From Phoronis australis (taxonomy: Eukaryota > Animalia > Phoronida): DNA of 45,131 nt. The stretch is taken from NCBI GenBank assembly GCA_002633005.1, contig NMRA01000278.1:292275-337405 (forward strand), given 5' to 3'. Position 1 is the first letter of the stretch, and each line of letters starts with the position of its first letter. Shown piece after piece: positions 38,246-45,131 of the stretch. The notes under the pieces were generated by a model, which was not told where the DNA came from, made no database searches, and saw nothing but the letters and a program-made list of their open reading frames with translations. The position numbers and the translations under genes were made by a program.

Positions 38246-38606
38246 TGTGTGTTTGTGTGTGTGTGTGTCTGTGTCTGTGTCTGTGTCTGTGTCTGTGTCT
38301 GTGTCTGTGTCTGTGTCTGNNNNNNNNNNNNNNNNNNNNNNNNNNNNNNNNNNNNNNNNNNNNNNNNNNNNNNNNNNNNNNNNNNNNNNNNNNNNNNNNN
38401 NNNNNNNNNNNNNNNNNNNNNNNNNNNNNNNNNNNNNNNNNNNNNNNNNNNNNNNNNNNNNNNNNNNNNNNNNNNNNNNNNNNNNNNNNNNNNNNNNNNN
38501 NNNNNNNNNNNNNNNNNNNNNNNNNNNNNNNNNNNNNNNNNNNNNNNNNNNNNNNNTGTGTGTGTGTGTGTGTATGTGAGTGTGCGTGCGTGCGTGCGTG
38601 CGTGTG
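38246..38606. repeat. (GT)n/(GTGTCT)n/(GCGT)n microsatellite spanning the assembly gap 38320-38555
   Basis: Directly visible. Confidence 0.95.
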
Positions 38607-39833
38607 TACTTAGCTAAGTGTTAGAGTCATAAACATAAAAAATGTTGATCACTGCAGCTCTATTGATTTTTTCTGGCCAGTGAATGTGTGTCAAGATGCC
38701 GAGAGAGGTGGAAAGCACCTCTGGCAACTACATGATGGCATTCTTGTCACAGGTAGGTTTTGGAAGGAAGGTTTATATACATATACCTAGGTATTGTTCA
38801 CATGTATATATAACAGGCTTCTGTGACCTTAAAACCAGAGTAAAAGCCTGCCATGTTTCATTGTCACTGAGAAGGTCCATGTCTGAAATGAATAACTTAG
38901 TTGGCTGATGATTTTATCTGTGGTTTGCAACTTAGTGTACTGTAGGCGACAAAAGTACTCAGACAAAATGGCATTTCCCTGTCGTGACTGTTAATTCTAA
39001 AAGCAAAAAGATGTCCGAGTTGTATTGAATATTTTAATGACAAACTTCTAATTCCAGTTTAAGTTATGTAGTCTGTACAGTTACGTTTTATGCAACTTAT
39101 TTTTTGATAATTAAGTCATATAACTCCTAGTTAGCTCCTTGATGCACCTACTTGCATCTGTGACTAGAACGGAGTGCTTTATCTCCATGGTGATGCATGT
39201 CTGAGGAGAACGGAGTGCTTTATCTCCAGGGTGTGGTTTCTCTGACTTGTGCACATGCTCAGTAAGCCCTCTGTATGCGTTTTATAAAGATGCTGAGCCC
39301 TTGCTTTAACAGTTCTGTGCCAGTTAAGGGATCTCCAGCTGTTTTTGAGAATCTCTGAGCGCTGTTGGGAAATTTTGAAGTTTTCTGTTTTAAATGCTTT
39401 GAACCTTGGTTGAAAAGCTCTGATCCATGGTTGGAAAATGTCCAGCCATATTGGTAAGGCAAGTGGTTGAATTGGTATTGCCTAATAACACTTATTTTTT
39501 ATTTTTCAATCCCTATAGAAATGTTATTGTGTTGTCGCATTCTTAGTAAATGTAGATGATGTGCATCTCAAAGTTGTGGCTTGAACCAAGGTTGTATTTT
39601 CATCAAGGGAGGATTGTGCATTGGGATTGTAACTTTGGCTTGTCTATGTGTTGCTTTCCTCTAGAAATAAAATTAACTGGCACCATAGATACTCATATAG
39701 CAGATTCAACGTGGGTTATGGACTCTCACAGTGAGGTGAGTCAACAAATGATGGTCTAATTACGGTACGGTAGTGTGTTGCACCTAGAGTTCCCCGGTGT
39801 GTTCATAGTGTGTAGGGTAGGAAAGCTAAGGGG

Positions 39834-39938
39834 TGTGCTGGTATGGGTCATGGGGCTAGTGCTGGTATGGGTCATGGGGCTAGTGCTGGTATGGGTCATG
39901 GGGCTAGTGCTGGTATGGGTCATGGGGCTAGTGCTGGT
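39834..39938. repeat. 24-bp minisatellite x4
   Basis: Unit gtgctggtatgggtcatggggcta. Confidence 0.9.
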
Positions 39939-41187
39939 CTTTGGGTCTTTGTGATGCAGTACAAGGTCTAGGTGTGAGCGAGAGACTAAAGTTTGGTTAG
40001 TGACTGCTGATGACTCACTGAGCCTGCGTGTGTTGAGAGATAGCCTGTGTACTCGTGTTATACTCAATGCCTTTTAGAGAGAGATAGACAGTGGGACAAT
40101 CTCACTTTGGTTAACATGTTTTTATATAAGGCTTATCATGGTATACAAAGAATACTGTTTGAGGTTGTGCAAATGGTTCCTTTTTGATAAGTACGCTATC
40201 TAGGCTGGTCATGCATATCAAGTAGTCGACATGGTACTGATGCTTATGGAGAATATTTAGACCCAATGAGTACGCTATCTAGGAGAATATTTTGACTGAA
40301 TGTTGGTGGAAATATGCATTTTCAGCACCTGTTTCACCTTCACAGTTGACAACAAACGTTTCTATTTTCCTGGTGTTGCATATTACATCTGTTGTGATGG
40401 CACTTGAATTTTGGTCCATTACTTGTGCTTGGCCGTCTGTGATATTTTTCTGAGGTTGGTGTTTCGCATTCCTTCAGTGAGCCTGCTACATTCTGTGTCC
40501 ATGTGTTGTTGAGTTTCTTCAGTTTAGTTTGTGAATATTTTGTGGTGTGGAGGGATGACACCAAGGAGTGTAGTACAATTTTTACATCTTGTTATTCACA
40601 GCTGCCGTACGTCCCACTAGACTGTAAGTGTTTGAGAATGAGAACTGGGCAATTTTTAGTTTACGACTCCAGGTGTGTCTTTAGTTGTTGTCTTTAAATC
40701 TCATGTCTTATTTGTCTGATATGTGATCTTGCACAAACATTGTTGTCTTATAATGAACAGATTTATTGAGGTACATTTCTGTTGTGCCTTCTTATTACGG
40801 TTTAAGTCAAAGACATGTTTCATTCAAATTTAACTTTAATATTAATTAACCAAGTATTCTTAATTGTTAAAGAATACACATCACTACAATGGTTAGGAAA
40901 GTAATCTACTCTGGAGTAGTTGACAGTTGACAGATGTATTGGGCACTTCTCTAAATTTGTCTGATATTTGTTGGAAATTGAGGAAATCCAATAAATTTGT
41001 TTGCCGATATGTTTTTGCTCTTGGGAGATTTTTGTTTGATCTATATGTGAAACAGCTCTATGCTCTGTGACTTATGCAGCACCTACCTGTTACAAAACAT
41101 CCTGTTGGTCGGTTATTTCGGTTATTTTTTAAATATCATCGCAGCTCGCCGATTACTTTGTACATCCAGGGTCTCCCATGCAAGCGC

Positions 41188-41266
41188 CCATCCAACCGTC
41201 CATCCAACCACCCATCCAACCGTCCATCCAACCGTCCATCCAACCACCCATCCAACCACCCATCCA
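41188..41266. repeat. 12-bp tandem repeat
   Basis: Unit ccatccaacc(gt/ac). Confidence 0.85.
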
Positions 41267-41439
41267 CTTCAGTGCGTAAGACCATGATCAGAAGAAGAAG
41301 AGACCTTTTTTCAGTGCTCAATTATATGCCAGAATAGCCAGGATTTGGTCGTGTGGAGCTCAAACCACTGAGCTGTGCGTGGGCATGTGGGATTAGATTT
41401 ATGTGTGATTAGATTCATGGTTGTCGTGTTTGTTTCTAG

Positions 41440-41532
41440 ATCAGCCATAAGAAGCTGAAGAAGTATGAGAAGGAGTTCATTGCCATCAAGGAGGAGGAGA
41501 AGGCAAGGGAGGACCCTGTTCAAAGGTTTGAG
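41440..41532 (+). CDS. RABGAP1: RABGAP1 exon (ISHKKLKKYEKEF...EDPVQRFE)
   Basis: ttctag| and |gtgggt, 93 nt. Confidence 0.93.
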
Positions 41533-42438
41533 GTGGGTCCTCTTGTACACCATTGGCACAGTGTTACCCTGTTAAAGATTTGAGGTGGGCCGTCTTGTAC
41601 ACCATTGGCACAGTGTAGTGTTATCCTACTCTGAGATATGACGTTGATCTCATTGTACAGCACTGGCACAGATATGAGGTTGATCCCATGTTCAACGCTG
41701 GTACAGTGTTACCCTATTTTGAAGTATAAGGAATTCATTATTCAACCTTGGCTTAGTCTCACACTGTTCACATGAGGTGGGTCCTTTATTCAACCTTGAC
41801 ATAGTCAGATGTCATTACGGTATGTGAAGTTACTGAGTGTTTTCAGCTGTGACACAATCAGACTTCAGCCTGAAATCAAAAGTTAGTTGACTTTCACGTC
41901 ATTTGAGTTTAAAGTCACAGAAACATTTCTGATTTTCTACAGTAAAGTGAAAATTAATCAGGTGGATCTTTCTTTGAAATGATGCAAAACACAAGGAGTG
42001 TGCTACAAACTGCTGCAGTCTTCTACTGTTTAAGTTGATGCAAAACACAAGGAGTGTGCTACAAACTGCTGCAGTCTTCTACTGTTTATTTTGGTGAACC
42101 CGAATTTGGCGAATGAAGTGGCTAAAATTCAAATTATACCACTTTTTTGTATGTTGTCTGTCAAAATGATCTTTGATGTGGTTATAAAAAGCCCCAAAGT
42201 TGCAGGTCTTTGCATTATCTATTGACAATCGTGGATTGGAGTTTCCATGCAGCTTTGCGGATCTTTTTGCTCAGGTTAAAGTGCATGATTTCTTTTGATG
42301 CATAAAACTTGAAAATTGAGTTTAATTTAAATTTTAGCTATTCTGTTGTCAAACTCGGGTCCAGCAAGTTTTGAACTTACATTATTTTTTGTGGTTAGTA
42401 TGTATCTATAATGACTTTGATCTCCTCCAGTGTCTGTT

Positions 42439-42766
42439 GTGTGAAACTATATGGCTGTCAATATGTGAAACTATATGGCCGTCAATATGTGAAACTATAT
42501 GGCTGTCAATATGTGAAACTATATGGCCGTCAATATGTGAAACTATATGGCCGTCAATATGTGAAACTATATGGCCGTCAATATGTGAAACTATATGGCC
42601 GTCAATATGTGAAACTATATGGCCGTCAATATGTGAAACTATATGGCCGTCAATATTTGAAACTATATGGCCGTCAATATGTGAAACTATATGGCCGTCA
42701 ATATTTAAAACTATATGGCCGTCAATATGTGAAACTACATGACCGTCAATATGTGAAACTATATGG
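42439..42766. repeat. 24-bp minisatellite, about 13 copies
   Basis: Unit atgtgaaactatatggccgtcaat. Confidence 0.95.
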
Positions 42767-43395
42767 ATTTTTGTAAACTGACTTTGTATTCAGGAATGAG
42801 TGACTTAAATAGAATTTTAGAGACTTGATAAAGATGCTCCTCTTGGTATTGTCATCAACATGGTTGATCAGTTTTGTTGAACGTTGTTTACTACATTTGA
42901 CTTTGATCAAGTACAGCGCCCTCTTGCTTGTAGTTCTCCATATAGAGGCTACAGTGTGAGGACAAGGGAATTGGCATAGATCTCGTCTGTGGTTTTTTTT
43001 GAAAATTAATGCGCTTGTAGTTCATATTTTCAAAAATAAAAATCTCATGATGCCCTTTGAAATGGGTCGGGTTCATTTGGTTTTTCCCCCGATGTCAGCT
43101 GAAATTGGGTGAAATTCTTCTTTGAGTGAATCTCTGAATTCATAAGGAGTTGGCTCAGACCAGGATTTATTACGCTATTTTTTGGCCTTGCGTTTGAAAT
43201 TGTGTGAACAGCTATCTTACTTGAGACTGGACGTACAGCCTTTCATAAAACCATAGCTTCATGATCCCTTCCTGCAGTTTAGGCCTTAACATTCTCATTT
43301 ATACATTCAACATAGTTTGCATCAAGCCGCTATATTCCTAACATCAACAGTAGGTGGCAGCATGTGGCTGATGCTGTCCTTTTATTTATTTTTAG

Positions 43396-43575
<180 letters not shown>

Positions 43576-43961
43576 TGACACATCAGTGTTTTCAAATCTG
43601 TGACTCCGTAGCTTCTAGCTGTGAGATTGACAAATGTCAGGATGTTTACTAAATGCCCACGAGTCAACTTGCCTCAAGATGTCGGTTGTGGCAGTAATAT
43701 CTTGTTTTTATAACTTTTGTTGTCGCAACTACCAAATCTTGAGTAAAGCGTAGTGACTGTGGGCGCTCGTTTTACTGATCACGAGTTAGGTGTTTGTATA
43801 ACGGTAGATTGCCATGACCTTTTTTGTTCATGGATCCCCTATTCTGTTCAAAGGAACAGGCTCATTGCCTGTATGGTACATGAATCCCCCTATTCTGCAC
43901 AGGGGTACAGAATAGGGTACTGACCATGCCGTATGTTGTTCATGGATCCTCTGTTCTGTAG

Positions 43962-44066
43962 GCTGAGGACAGTGTAGATGTGTTGGACAAGGAACTGAAC
44001 CAAGCGAGGGCGCAGATAACGGAACTGGAGGAAGAGAAGCGAAGACTTGCAGAAGAGTCGGCAGGG
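43962..44066 (+). CDS. RABGAP1: RABGAP1 coiled-coil exon (AEDSVDVLDKEL...EEEKRRLAEESAG)
   Basis: ctgtag| and |gtgagc, 105 nt. Confidence 0.93.
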
Positions 44067-44376
44067 GTGAGCGAGAGAGAACCAGAGGTCAGGGGTCAAA
44101 CCTGATGATGGTGATGATAACAACTTTTAGTCAGTCATGTAATAGAAAGCAATAATTGATGAATAATTATAGTAAAATGATTACAATGATTGTTTATTCT
44201 TTTACAATTATCCAATGAGCCAGTGTATTTGGGTGGAATAATTATGTAAGGATGAATATGCTGACAAGTCATTTCCAGCTTCCTCGGGTGGATTTGGCAT
44301 GTGCCACCCATCAGTGTCTATTCGTCGACCAATAGGTCGAGATGTAGTGTCGAGCTGACTTTTAACCTCCTTTCAG

Positions 44377-44460
44377 CTTAAAGAAATGTGTAGACGAGAA
44401 GTGGACCGAGCAGAAGGGGAGATAACTCGGCTGGCTGCAATAGTGTCAGAATATAAGCAG
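44377..44460 (+). CDS. RABGAP1: RABGAP1 coiled-coil exon (LKEMCRREVDRAE...VSEYKQ)
   Basis: tttcag| and |gtttgt, 84 nt. Confidence 0.93.
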
Positions 44461-44852
44461 GTTTGTAGTTGAATTGTGTGAAGCAACTGGCTCTGTCATA
44501 CAGGGAAAACAACTGGCTCTGTCGTACAGGGGAAACAACTGGCTGTGTCATACAGTGTGAAAAAACTGGCTCTGTCATACAGTGGAGAACGTTGGTCAAA
44601 ATTTAATCTAGTTAAATTCGTAGTGATAATTGGCAGTTTAGGATTCTCTTTAAATTAAAACTGCTTGCTGCTTGTCAGTTAAAGATGAAATGCTGTTTAC
44701 ATTTATGAGGAGATTTTTCCTTGAAATGACTTGTGTGATGATTAGTTGAGCCTGCCTTGCTATTCATCTGTAATAAAGCTTGCTGTTGGCCTATTATTAA
44801 GAAGGAAATTTTCTCAAGACCTGGGTGCATCTTTATGGGACGAATTTGTTTA

Positions 44853-45131
44853 CTTTTTATGCACCCACATATTTATATGTGGACGCATTATGCCGTCATC
44901 TCTGTCCGTCCGTCCGTCCGGCGTCCGCTGCTCTATCTCCAAAACCCTTCGACATACGTTCATGAAATTTGGCACATATGTTCCATTCATGAATGGGACG
45001 GCATGTGCGAACTTTCGGACGGATCCGACTACCGATGTGCCCCCTAGTGGCAATTTTAGTTTTTTACGCTTACCTTTGTATCTTCAAAAGTCCTGAACGG
45101 ATTTTCATGAAATTTGGTATGTAGGCACCTA
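44853..45131 (+). mobile_element. HINE/DINE-1-like non-autonomous Helentron element, truncated by the window end
   Basis: T-run start, hairpin ccacatatttatatgtgg, (GTCC)n microsatellite, and core ttcatgaaatttgg repeated at about 44959 and 45104. Confidence 0.65.

Noticed and set aside
38099-38617. ORFs through the N gap
   Set aside because: Artefact of the microsatellite plus the assembly gap.
31084-41439. Nested intronless GPCR like vertebrate GPR21/GPR52 in RABGAP1/1L introns
   Set aside because: No ORF of about 350 codons or seven-transmembrane pattern exists anywhere in the window.
42371-42776. CETIWPSI / YVKLYGRQ repeat ORFs
   Set aside because: Translation of a 24-bp minisatellite in an intron.

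Overview
AT-rich animal genomic DNA, probably an invertebrate (inference), from a draft assembly with single-N joins and one 236-N gap. Most of the window is one + strand, intron-rich gene: the RABGAP1/RABGAP1L (GAPCenA) family Rab GTPase-activating protein. I traced 19 phase-consistent GT-AG coding exons from about 7.7 kb to 44,460, plus two tentative upstream mini-exons. They encode an N-terminal LIR-like motif, a PTB domain, a kinesin-like/DUF3694-type region, a TBC domain with both catalytic fingers and a coiled coil. The gene continues past the window end. Upstream lie a decayed LINE fragment and a structurally complete 551-bp TRIM-type LTR element whose LTRs carry a tRNA-like Pol III promoter, with a tRNA-Ser PBS and a PPT. 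The introns hold many minisatellites, MITEs and HINE-like elements, duplicated splice sites, and several in-phase candidate alternative first exons that would give GAP-less coiled-coil isoforms. All coordinates and alignments were read by eye and no database searches were run.
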